Shown here piece by piece: positions 1 through 11,469 of a DNA stretch of 64,000 nucleotides (position 1 is the first letter of the stretch; the number at the start of each line of letters is the position of its first letter). Made by a program: the position numbers and the translations under genes. The DNA is from the human T2T-CHM13v2.0 reference genome, Homo sapiens: assembly GCF_009914755.1 (NCBI RefSeq), contig NC_060931.1, one strand, 5' to 3'. Under the pieces are notes generated by a model, which saw only the letters and a program-made list of their open reading frames with translations, had not been told where the DNA came from and did not search any database.

Positions 1-7
1 AGAAATG

Positions 8-195
8 TCCTGTTTAATACCATAGCCACTAGGCAGATGTAGCTATGTAATTTAAAATTTATTAAAATAAAACAATTCAGTTCCCTAATCACACCATCCA
101 CATTTCAAGTGCTCAGTAATCTGTGTGGCTAGTGGCAATCACATGGGACAGTGCAGACATGGAACATCTCCATCTGGCAGTGTTGTTTTGGAACA
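8..195. mobile_element. MER3-like hAT-Charlie MITE
   Basis: 'tagccactag...atgtagctat...attaaaataaaacaattcagttcc...ccacatttcaagtgctcagtaa...tgtggctagtggc...gacagtgcaga' matches the MER3/MER33 internal palindromic pattern; ends approximate. Confidence 0.75.
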
Positions 196-469
196 ACAAC
201 AAAAAACGCTGGTAAAATAATGATTGATAGAACTCATGAGGAGTCATCAACTCAACTAGAAAAATTTCTAAAGTCATTGAAATTGTTTGAAGTGTTCGTG
301 CATGTGAGTTAGTTATGGTTTGTGTTGTGTTAGCCTGCAAACATCCTAGAAACATGATGGGGCCTTTGGTAGAGCAGTAATAGGTGAAAAGAGTTCAGTG
401 GCCACTTTGTAGCCTTTATGGACTGAGGTTGAACAGAAGAGATTAACTGCTGGTTCGGGAGTGAGTGCT

Positions 470-700
470 CTGCTCCCATAGTACATTTTCCATAATTTGT
501 TCTGTTATCCACTGTATTGTTTTTCAATTTATCTGTCTCCTTGACTCGACCACATTATTTGAGGGTAAAGAATCCATTCTTACATTCATCATTCATTCAT
601 TGTTAAATTCATTCATTGAAGAATTCAATGAAAAATTCAGTCAACATTGCATTCTTGAACTTAGCACTTACAGTAGGTGCCAATAAATCTTTAATGTATA
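470..700 (+). mobile_element. L2 3' end fragment
   Basis: ends in 'cttagcacttacagtaggtgccaataaat', resembling the L2 3' terminus; highly diverged. Confidence 0.5.
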
Positions 701-809
701 AGGTTATAGAAAGATTGTACCATGAAGCTTCTTAGAAAAAAAAATAGTTGTTTGTTGTTGAGACTGGCCAATTTTCACTGGTCTTTCCCTCTTTTGATTA
801 TGATCTCAG

Positions 810-905
810 TCCGGGAGTAAGGTCAGCATTCACCTTGACCTGTCCATCTTTAATGTCACTTCTGGTACGCGAACTTCACTTTCACTGATTCTCCCAGAAA
901 TACAC
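810..905 (+). other. candidate 96-nt cassette exon (unverified)
   Basis: pyrimidine tract + CAG (807-809), 96-nt frame-open segment, donor CAC|GTAAGC; peptide not recognised. Confidence 0.2.
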
Positions 906-1589
906 GTAAGCATATAGGCATCCTCTATGAGGTTGGAGCTGTCATGAATGTGATTAATGCCTGTACAAGCATTACATAGATCCAGACACTATCTGTGCAT
1001 GGAAAATAAAGTTCCTGTGATTGATACTGAGTGTGTACTTACAGAAGCAGTCTTGAGTGAGCTTTTAATTCTAGAGGAGTTGGCACCAATGAGTTTTGGA
1101 TACATCCCAGGGGGCCAGAACATCAAGTCAGCTAGTGTGCCACTTTGTATGTGTACAAGTGCATGCGCCTGTGCTGCTCTGGTGTTGGGGAGGAGAGGGC
1201 AATGAGGGATGCAGGATGGTCAGTAATGAGTAAATAAAGTATCTTGAGCCCATGAACACTGTATTTTCAGTCAGCCAAAAGCTATCATATTGGTTTAAGT
1301 CTTCTCTAGTCAAGAAGGCCGTAAGAGATAGTGACACAAAACAGTTTTGAAAACCAGGCAAATGATGGGAAGTGCAGTTTTATCATGTGGATGTACGTGC
1401 TTTTGGAGTTTGTCAATAGTTTTATCATTAATCCTAGAGAGGATGTGCTACACAAGTTTAACTCTGCACATAGCAAATATTTGAACTGAGTTGAATTCAA
1501 ATGGAATGGGACATGGGATCAGTTAAAAATCTTCATAGGAGTCAAAAGCAGAAAAAAAGGAGATGATCTTTTGTTAGGATATTTGCTTT

Positions 1590-1770
1590 ATTTTCTTCTC
1601 AACTACCTTCCTCCCTTCCTTTTTTCTTTCCCTCCTTCCTTCTATTTTTCCTTCCTTCCCCTTTCCTCCCTTCTTCCCTCCCTTCCTCCTTTTATCCTTC
1701 ATTCCTTTAATCCTTCCTTCTTTTCTTTTTCTTTTTTTGTTGCTATTTCCTCTTCAGCTTCACTTTCTTT
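1590..1770 (+). repeat. CT-rich low-complexity polypyrimidine tract, (TTCC)n-like
   Basis: ~180 nt, mostly C/T. Confidence 0.85.
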
Positions 1771-2404
1771 TAGCATGAGTTTAAGATAATTAAATAAACT
1801 TAAGTTTGCTCAGCACCTTGATGAAAAGTTTGATAGGGAAGAGATTAATGCTATTTGAAACCATTAGTTAAAAATATTTTTACTGTGTTAATATCATTTG
1901 GGGGTCTTTGTAGTTAACAAAATTTTTAAAGTATGAGTTGGCAGATGTTTTTGCCTAAATATTCCAGTGTGGTAAAATGGGCTGATTGTCTTTGTTTTCC
2001 CCTTCTGATATTTGCCCACAGATATTAAAGTAAACTCAGTTATTTTGGGTACTGGTTAATGTGAAGTTTTTGGCCTTATTCAATAAGTACAAGTCAATTT
2101 ATGTGCATGCTAACAGGGGATAGTTTTTTTTACAAGTTTCCTTGGAAATGTAGTACTTGGGTACTTGGAAATAATTTATTCATTAGTAAGAAAGAAGGAT
2201 TTTCTGTTAGAATATCCATAACTATGATGAGAATACAGATATTTTCCTGCTCTTGGAGAAACATTCTACCCTCTCTCTCTGCCTTCCCCTTTAGCACTTA
2301 CTGGATAAATTTTCTACTTTTTCACTGTTACTGACTGAACTGCCTATTTCTTGAATCCTAAAGCTCTAATGTATTTACCTAAGGATGGGTCTCACTATGA
2401 GCTC

Positions 2405-2446
2405 TTTTCTCTGAACTGATTAACTCAGTACCTTGAGTAGGAATAA
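2405..2446 (+). repeat. local dispersed duplication 1, copy A (pairs with 5020-5061)
   Basis: ttttctctgaactgattaactcagtaccttgagtaggaataa; 39/42 identical to copy B. Confidence 0.85.
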
Positions 2447-2808
2447 AATAAAACATTGATTTTTAAAATGACTCCTTTAAGCAGAGATCATGGTAATAAA
2501 CAGAGTCTTGATTACATGCTTAGAACATGCTGGCCAGATATAAGGAAGTTTTTAGATTTTCTAATGGTTTTTATTCATATTGTCATCAGATTGAAAATTA
2601 TTTCTATTATTAAATTTTTACCCACTTGCATTCTGACACATTTTCTTGAATAGGATATGTCAAGGTGGTATTGTCTCAGCTGCTACACAGAGTTGTGCAA
2701 AATCATGATCTGCCCAAAGGAGCATAAGGATACCCTTGAGGAGCATGTGGGATATTATTGTCATGTGTGTTTTAGTGCACAAAAACGCTGACAACCATTT
2801 ATCTAGGT

Positions 2809-3353
2809 TGATAATTCTCAATCCTGGCTGCATTTTGAACTTACTTGGTGTTATGGACTGAATGTTTGTGTCCTCTCCAAAATTCATGTTGAAGCCCTAA
2901 CCTGCCATTGTGATCGTATTTGGGGACAGGGCCTTTGCAGGGTAATTAGGTCATGAGGGTGAAGCTGTCATTGATGGGTTTAGTGTCTGTATAAGAAGAG
3001 AAAAAGACCAGAATCCTCTCTCTATTCACCATGTAAAGACACAGCAAGAAGGCAGCCATCTGCAATCCAGAAAGAGAGCCCTCGCCAGGAATCAAATCTG
3101 CTGGCCTTTTGATCTTAAACTTCCCAGCCTCCATATCTGTGAGAAATAAATGTCTGTTATGTTAGCCACCCAGTAAATGGTATTTTGTTATAGTAGCCCA
3201 AGCTGACTATGCACCTGGGAGACTTTTAAATCATACTGATGCCTGGGCATCAAATCAAGTACTTCATAATGTATGGGTGCTGAGCCCAGACATGGACATT
3301 TTCTTAAAACTCTCCAGGTGATTATAGAGCACAGCCTGGGACTGAAACCACAG
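2809..3353. mobile_element. MER5B hAT-Charlie MITE split by an MLT1A LTR
   Basis: 'ttctcaatcctggctgca...' left piece and 'cctgggagacttttaaatcatactgatgcctggg...ctccaggtgatt...gaaaccacag' right piece; 8-bp TSD atctaggt (2801-2808)/atctaggc (3354-3361). Confidence 0.75.
2849..3213 (+). mobile_element. MLT1A/MLT1A0 solo LTR (ERVL-MaLR)
   Basis: TG...CA ends, 'tgttatggactgaatgtttgtgtcc', 'gtgagaaataaatgtctgtt', 365 bp, 5-bp TSD cttgg/cctgg. Confidence 0.9.
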
Positions 3354-4199
3354 ATCTAGGCCAACTTCATGACACTACTAATCTTAGTTCATTTTTCTTA
3401 AGGTGGAGATATTTGCAGGTCTTATGCTGTCCTAAAACAAAGCTAGTGCCACAAGACAAAGGTCCTGGAAATTTTCCCTTCTCTCTCTCTTCTTAAGGCA
3501 GTTTCAGCTTCAGAGTAACCCTAGAAGGAGGAGTATGCTCTATGGTGATTGACCTCATAGTCTTTTAAAGCCAGGGAAACTTTAGGAGGCCAGGCAGTCT
3601 TGGAGTGGGTCCAAAGATTCAAGTCTATCAGCTGGTAGGAGGGTAAATGAACCAGCTTCCGAGATGGGGACTCCAAGTGACATTTATCCAGACACAAGCA
3701 CATAATATCGTTCATTTCATCAATGATACATATTCTTGTTCTCTGTTATTTATTTTCTTTCTCCATGCATAATTTGTTAGAACTTGGCTTTTTGTTTACT
3801 GTTATGAAATAAATATTAAGATTTAGCTATTGCTTTTTCATTTTAGCAATTTGTGTGTTTTATGAAATTATTAATCAGGTATAGGCTATTTCTTTTTACT
3901 GTATTTGAAAAGCACCAATAACTCCATTTAAAAATTAACAATGAACTTTTCTAGGTGTTTCAAATAACTCCTTTAATATACTTATTAGTGATGATGCAAG
4001 TACAAATTAATTTAATGAATCATTTTTGAGCATCTTCCTTGGGATAAATATTCCTCCAGAGAGACTATTCTTCTCATGGCCAGCTGAACTTTTACAAGAT
4101 AGAAAGATGCATACGTAAGTAGGTCTCATACATGATGGAGTTTCTGGCATATGAGACTGTGAGCTGTGTGGAGATATATTTAGTCTTAAATTCACCTCT

Positions 4200-4620
4200 T
4201 AGAAGGTTTCTAGTAGGAGATGGGATTGGATATAGACCATTCAGGATAAATGGATAGAGCTTCAGGGGTCACCATGGGAGCAGAAGGCATCAGAGGGATT
4301 AAGGTTGGCATGCAGAGAAACATGGACTGAAAGTGAGAACGTGGTAATTGGAGGGAGGGGACAGTGGGGAGAGGAGTATAACAGTAAAAGGTCTCAAATG
4401 GTAGGTAGGATTTACAATGGCCAATTGAAGAGTTTTGTGTTTGAAATCTACTCATTGTACAATGGGAAATTACTAAAGGGTTTTGAGCAGTGAAATGACT
4501 GGAATAGATCTCTTTATTTCAGGAAGATAACTCAGGTATCAGAGCATAGGATGGATTGAAGCCGAGGGAGACAGGGAATCAGGAAGCTTGGTTAAAAGCC
4601 TCTTACACGGTGGCAGTCAC
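4200..4620 (-). mobile_element. L2 fragment
   Basis: purine-rich 'caatgggaaattactaaagggttttgagcag...aggaagataactcagg...aggatggattg', typical of antisense L2. Confidence 0.6.
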
Positions 4621-5019
4621 AGTGGAAATTTATAGATCATTTGGGATATAATAATATCATCCTCTTTATAGAATTCTTTAATGTTTAACAAGCACTTTCA
4701 GATACATTATCTCACTTGATATGAATGTAATTGGTATAATTGGTAGGACATTGTGCCATTCTCTGGAGTGAGTCACTGGTGATCCTTAAGGGAGTGTCTT
4801 CTCTGGGAAGGTGAAGATGTAGCATGGAACACAGGGAATCAGAGAAATATCCAGGAAGGAAAAGAGAAGGTAGCAAATACATACAAGTCCACAGAAGTTG
4901 ATAACTTGGAGGGAAGAAAGAAGAGAGAGAAACAGAGGATGATCGCTTGAAACCTGATTATTTATTGAATGGTGAAACTCTTAAATTTGTTAAGACAAGG
5001 CAGTAATTGACTCTAGACA

Positions 5020-5061
5020 TTTTCTCTGAACAGATTAACTCAGTGCCTTGAGTAGAAATAA
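5020..5061 (+). repeat. local dispersed duplication 1, copy B (pairs with 2405-2446)
   Basis: ttttctctgaacagattaactcagtgccttgagtagaaataa. Confidence 0.85.
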
Positions 5062-5468
5062 GAGGAAATAGTGCTGCTAAAAATGATTATTTTTTTTAGA
5101 GATTAGAGTCACAACTTAACTAAAACAAGCAAACTTTTTTAAAGGAGGATTTTAGTATATTTATAGTTTCAGGTTAATCTTATCAAATGCCAATATGAAA
5201 ACTACTTACTTCATTCACCTTTCAAAGCCTTGTATTTGTCATTTTTACAGTGAACACATGTACTATTGGGACATTTCAGCCAGCATTCTGCCAGTACACA
5301 GGCTTTCTTAACCACAAGTTCAGATTACTTGAAGGCCATCATATTTATGTCCATAAACTAGCATCTTTGTAAATTGCTTACAACTTGTATTTTATATAAA
5401 AATAGTGTAATGGAAAATAATGCATAGATTAGGCTTCTCAGAATTTGTTTAAAAATTGACTTTGGCAG

Positions 5469-5770
<302 letters not shown>

Positions 5771-6085
5771 AGCTTTTTCTTTAATTCATGAAAAATACAT
5801 AGGATTGTTTACTCTATGTCTCTTAAGATACATTAAGATACATGAATTGGTAAATTAATCAATTACTAAGTTTAGGAAAGAGAGAAGGCAGCAGCTGTCA
5901 AGACTGAAATGTAAGCATATTTTTTCCTTATGTAATGAAAAAATATAGACAGTTGTGCTATATATGAGTTGAATGCCAAACTTTTGTCTATTTTAAAAGT
6001 ATGACTGAATCGATTTTCAATAGAAGTATTTGGTTACTGTAAAGTTTCCTTTGATGGCTTTCAGGTGGGGAAATGACATGTAATG

Positions 6086-6248
6086 GTTTATATATATAAA
6101 TACATTTATATAAGTATGTTATATGGAAACATATATGTATATGTGCATATATGCATCTATATACACACCTAAATAAGGACACATATAAATGCATATATGT
6201 AAGTGCATATATATACACAAATGCACGTGTATATTTCATATATATGCA
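6086..6248. repeat. degenerate (TA)/(CATA)/(TATG) alternating purine-pyrimidine repeat
   Basis: tatatatataaatacattt...atatatgtatatgtgcatatatgcatc... Confidence 0.8.
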
Positions 6249-8305
6249 TTTTTTTTCCTGCTGCTAAAAACTGATACTGCTTTATTTTGAATGTTAAAAG
6301 ATTACATCCTTTGGAAACATCATTATGTTTAATTGTAGCATATATTCTGGGTATTTTGAGCCTGACATTTTCCTGCCTCCAACATAAAGGACAGAAAGAA
6401 TGCCGCTTCTTCCTGTGACCTGAATACACTGTCAGCCCTCTCCAAAGGGTTTGGGCCCAGTTAGAGCAGTGAAACTCAGTTCAGCACATGTTTGTTGAAC
6501 ATTTACTGTGTGCTCCACACTCTCCTTGGTCTTTTTTAATAAATTCTTTTTGTCTTTGAAGAGTTAATCTGGTTACAGATATGAATTGTACCCTGGTGGG
6601 AGCATACCAGAAAAGAGAATAATAATGTAAATGCTAGACTATTTGGATGAGATTTTAAGTCTGTGGAAATTCAGAACAAGGAAACACAAAGACATGAATT
6701 CATTTTTTTAAAAAAGTCTCTGAGCATGTGAGCAGCACTTCTTCCTTTTGAACATGGATGGACCATTTGCAGTTGCATTCAGTATTACGAGCCTCCTTTG
6801 TGTCCCTCCCCGTCATTTTTACTACATTCAAGAAACATAACAATAAATAACAATAAGCCTGTATTACTCACTTTAGGTTATTTGGTTAAGGAGAAGCTTG
6901 AATATGGAAGTTTGTTGGTTTTTGTCTCCAAAATGCATTTAGGGTTCCCCAGCATTCCACTTTATCACATTCAAAATAATTGGGTAAGTAGGAAAAGATA
7001 TAAGCAAAATGTGTATGTTAAAACACTCTTCTTATATGTTCTGTTCAACACCAACCACTAGAAAAATGTCACATAATTTCCACAGTTAAGTCTATCCCAA
7101 CTTGAGCCTTAATTTTTGGTGGTAGCAGCTGCTATTTTGCGACAAAGGTAAACTCTTGGTGCCAAAATTTCCAAGAATGTTTAGGATGCATATGATTTTT
7201 GGCCACTCTGGAGAATTTTGAACGTAGATGGCAATGCTGTCTGAAAAATGGATCCCTGTGAAAGAAGCATAAAGCGTGAAATCACATTTAATTAGCCAAG
7301 AGTGGCTAGTGTATGTTGCCATTAAATCCTTTAAATTACAGCACATCTGGGCACCGTCCATCCCACAAGAATGTATCCAATGATGCCTCTGTCTTACCTG
7401 TGAGTCCAGCTTATTTTCTCCTAACTTCTCATTACTTTTTAACTATTCAGTATTCTTGGCATAAGAAATCAAGAAAACACAAGATGCTTCCATGTTTCTC
7501 AATAAATTATTCAAAATGTTATACCAACCCTTCCCCACCCCCAAAATGGCAAAATGCCCATAAGAAAGTATTTCAATTCCCTATTTGGAAGGAGCTTTTC
7601 AAGACATCCTCTTTTACTTCACATTTTAAAATTAGAATTCTATAGCATCTGTCAATTTGGAGAGGGAAGAAAACACTTATAATTTTTACAAACATCACAA
7701 GAGTCTAAGTTGTATTAGACTTGATGGCATTCAGGCAAGCAAAGATCAAATATTCAGCCAAATAGTCTCTCTGCTAATGATAATGACATATAAACCCTTT
7801 TATGGTGACATGGGTTGGGTCTTCTACTGGCAGAGGAAGTGTATCTTTATGCGATGAGTTCTCACTCTTAAATACAAGGGGAGTGCTGGTTTTTAAAACA
7901 TGAGGCTTTGAGACTGTAGTACACAGTTTGCTGGAGATGTGTTTGGGTGATTGCGCTACTGGGGAAAATGCACTGAAAATAGGTCATCAAGAAAAGATTG
8001 ATATAGACTTTTTTGTGTGGAAGTAATTATGCTTGATTATTGCAGTCTGTTACAATTCAATATGCCAGACTATGAAGTTTCAGTGAGAAAATATTAATAT
8101 GTGCACATATAATCCTACCTGGGATCTGTAGACTGGAGTTTAAATTCCTACTGATTAATCCTCACAGGGTCTTTATCTGGTATTCAGTAATAAAGAATGG
8201 AAAGTTTTTTATATATCATATATGTTCTTGTTCATTCACTTAAAAATCCCAAACACATACGTTAGTTCATCAAAAACACAGCTGAAACATTCCACTCTAT
8301 TAAAT

Positions 8306-8308
<3 letters not shown>

Positions 8309-8342
<34 letters not shown>
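8309..8342. repeat. (AC)17 microsatellite
   Basis: perfect dinucleotide run. Confidence 0.97.
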
Positions 8343-8344
<2 letters not shown>

Positions 8345-8799
8345 CCGTAAAAATAACAACAAACCCATCTACTATCAGAGTAGGAAATCTTCACCAGCCT
8401 ACTTTCTTGCCAAGATATATACTGTTCAATAAACACTTTATAATTATTACTTATTTGACATAAATTATTGCCTAAGGCCAATGTTAAGAGACTTTTTGCA
8501 AGTTTATAGCAATGACTGTTGAAATGATTTAAGGAATCGGATTCTTAGGACTTTCCTTTTACATAATGTATTTCTGTAATTCTCAGAAGGCAATTCTACA
8601 ACTGACTTTAATAACAAAACACAATACAGGTATGCCAGGGTCCCCATCCATGGAAACCTTTGAGAAAATAATGAACAAAATTTTATGTTTTTTCTACTCA
8701 TCAGGGGAAAGGACCTATAGGTTCTTTTGAGTTTTGATGTCATGTGATACTCTTACCAGGGCATGCAAAGTGCTTCAAAACCTGAACTCAAGCTACCTG

Positions 8800-9128
8800 T
8801 CCAGCTTTACTTGAATCTCCACACGTGTGCTCCTTCCCTTTGGCTCAATCTTTTCCTCGTCTTGGGGTGGATTTGGGCCCCATGCATTCCTGTTGTCTTT
8901 TACTTTGTCTGTGAAACTTTCTCTAACACATCATTGTCCCCTTCCACAGGAAGGGAAACATCATCTCACCCATGATGGCACAGCACTCACATTGCGTGTC
9001 TGTTGTTTCCATGACTGTATCTTCAAGGAGTCTGGTCTCCTCATGGGATATAGCCACTGGGCTCTAAAGACTTCTTGCTCATATAGTAGGTGCTCAGTAA
9101 ATATTTGTGGCATAAATGAGTGAGTGAA
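8800..9128 (+). mobile_element. L2 3' fragment
   Basis: ends 'catatagtaggtgctcagtaaatatttgtggcataaatgagtgagtgaa'; 5' boundary uncertain. Confidence 0.55.
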
Positions 9129-11469
9129 ATTACTTCAAAAGTGATCACTTGAAAAATAGAAAATACAATCATTTCTGCCTAATCAAATGTTAAACGTTGC
9201 TACCACCTCAACTAATTCTGTACCCCCATTTGGCAGAGTAAGCAACTCGAGATCACATTTGCAGCATTTGGAATTAGAATTCAATTCACCCTCAAATTCA
9301 CTCAATCTCTCTTAATTTTTTTATTTTAAAAAAAGGTAAACAGAAAGTAGGTCAATCAAATCACATTCTCATTTTAACAGGTCCAAGAGTCTATATAGAT
9401 TTTGAACTGAATTGGCACACAATCATGGACAACTTCCTAAGGGCTTTTACTCATGGCATTCAGAGTTTTAAGAAAGAAAATTAAGTGATTGGAATAGAGT
9501 ACAATAGTGAATGCAGAAAAAGGGAAGAAAGATGACTGTAGCCAGAAACACGAGAGAAAGAGAACTATAAGTTTCTTTATTCTAAGTAGCGGTGGGAGAA
9601 TCTACTTTTTGGCCTGCACAGCGGATGCACCATTTCTATGGGTAAGTTTTCCCTGTGTTTCCTGTCAAGCCGGGGTTTTAATGAAACAAAAAGATACCGG
9701 ATCCCTCTCGCTAACACCTCTTCATCCCCCCAACACCCCAGCTAGTGCCAGCCAAGAGCATTTCTCTCAGTTCCTTTTATCCCTTTCTACCAAGAACAAG
9801 ATCTGAGATATGTGAGATCCTGTTTGATTCAAGCTTGGAGAAAGCACTGTATATTTTACAGCCATTGGTTACCTGTTGCTGTCAATAGCTGTATTGTCAG
9901 CATTTTATCATGGATTGAATGCTTTAAAATTTTTGAGCAGCATAAAAGATTTGTAGAGGAAAACCTATTTTCCTTAGAAACGAGAGACAGTGTTTTTTGA
10001 TGCTTCAAAGTCTTAAAAAATGTAGGAATATTAGAGTTATGCCTTGCCCTGCTTGGTGGGTTTTGAGTGACATTCTGAGACCATACATTTTGTGTCAAGA
10101 ATCGAATCAATTTCTCTTCTTTGGGCTGCTGACATTGTTTAGAGTATAGATGAAGACTCCCCAGTAAGACATGTAAAACAGTAAGGGACTGTGAAAAAAA
10201 TAGATTGTGAAAAATAAAAGTCTATCAAGATGGGGCAAACGTTTAGGGGAATACTATCAAAGGTAGTGTTATGTTCAATAAAAGATGGCTGAAATAGTTA
10301 TGAGACTAATAGACAAATGGAAATTATTTACACAAACTTCTGTAACTGCCCAGTTCTGTGAAAAACAATAGGAAAATCGAATTCAGAAAACACTTATCCC
10401 TGTCAGAATTAGAATTAGGATAATGGATCCACCAAAATATGTGATTGCTTACACTGAAAGAATAGCCATTATTTTTAACTTAGGGTGAATTTGACTAATA
10501 TTGAATAATAGGTGATTTAAGAAATTATTTTGAAATGTTTGTTTTAATATGCCAGGACAAAATGTAATTGTTATAATTTAAGAAATACATAATTAAGAGA
10601 AAACAACACATCTGAGGAAAGTAATTACAGTGCTCAGACGTTAATTAAGAGACACTAAAAAACAGACTACTTGTTGAAATAGTGATGTTTGATAGAATAT
10701 TAGCTATGTTATTAAAAGCTTAAAATCCATTATTTTATTACATAATAGCTAAAAGCAGCAATATTTGGTCTAATGAAGAATTGGCAAATAGCTATAAGGA
10801 ATGATTAAGGCTTCTGCAGGACTTAATTTGGATAAATCAGGTTTTAAAACACAATTATATAGGGAATGAATTAAATTATTGAAGTTTTAAAATTATGAGC
10901 ACAGAAAGGAATTATATAGGTTTAAAATTAATTTTTAAGAATGAATACTTTCATCCCACTTTCAAAAGGCTTTATTTTTTAAAAAAAGTATTTAAAAATG
11001 AGGCCTGAGTCAAACATTTCAGTATGAGAAGCCTTGCACAAAATTTAGCTATTGTAGTTATGGTCCTTTGGAGACGGTATTAGTCATAAAACTATGTATG
11101 GTCTTTGTATTAGGATAAATTTACTTTGGCTTCTGAAGTTTTTGATAAGGATATATCTTCTGTGCAAAAGCAGAAAGGGCTGTAAAATACTAGAGAATGT
11201 AGACAAAGGTACCATAAATTACTTTGGAAGGACTTCTTGCCATCCTGAAGCAAGGTTTTCTGTGAATGTTTACAGCTGACTGTCACATCTTTAGTTACAA
11301 AATTCAATTTTGTTGCATTATATCCATTCATAATTGAAACATTGGTGTTTTATTTCAAATTACTAGCTTAGCATATGATAAGTTAATCAGCAAATGTGGT
11401 TAAAATAATAGGTGTTTCTTAACATGCTATTATTTCTACCATTAGAGAAAAATAAAACAAAACCAAAAA

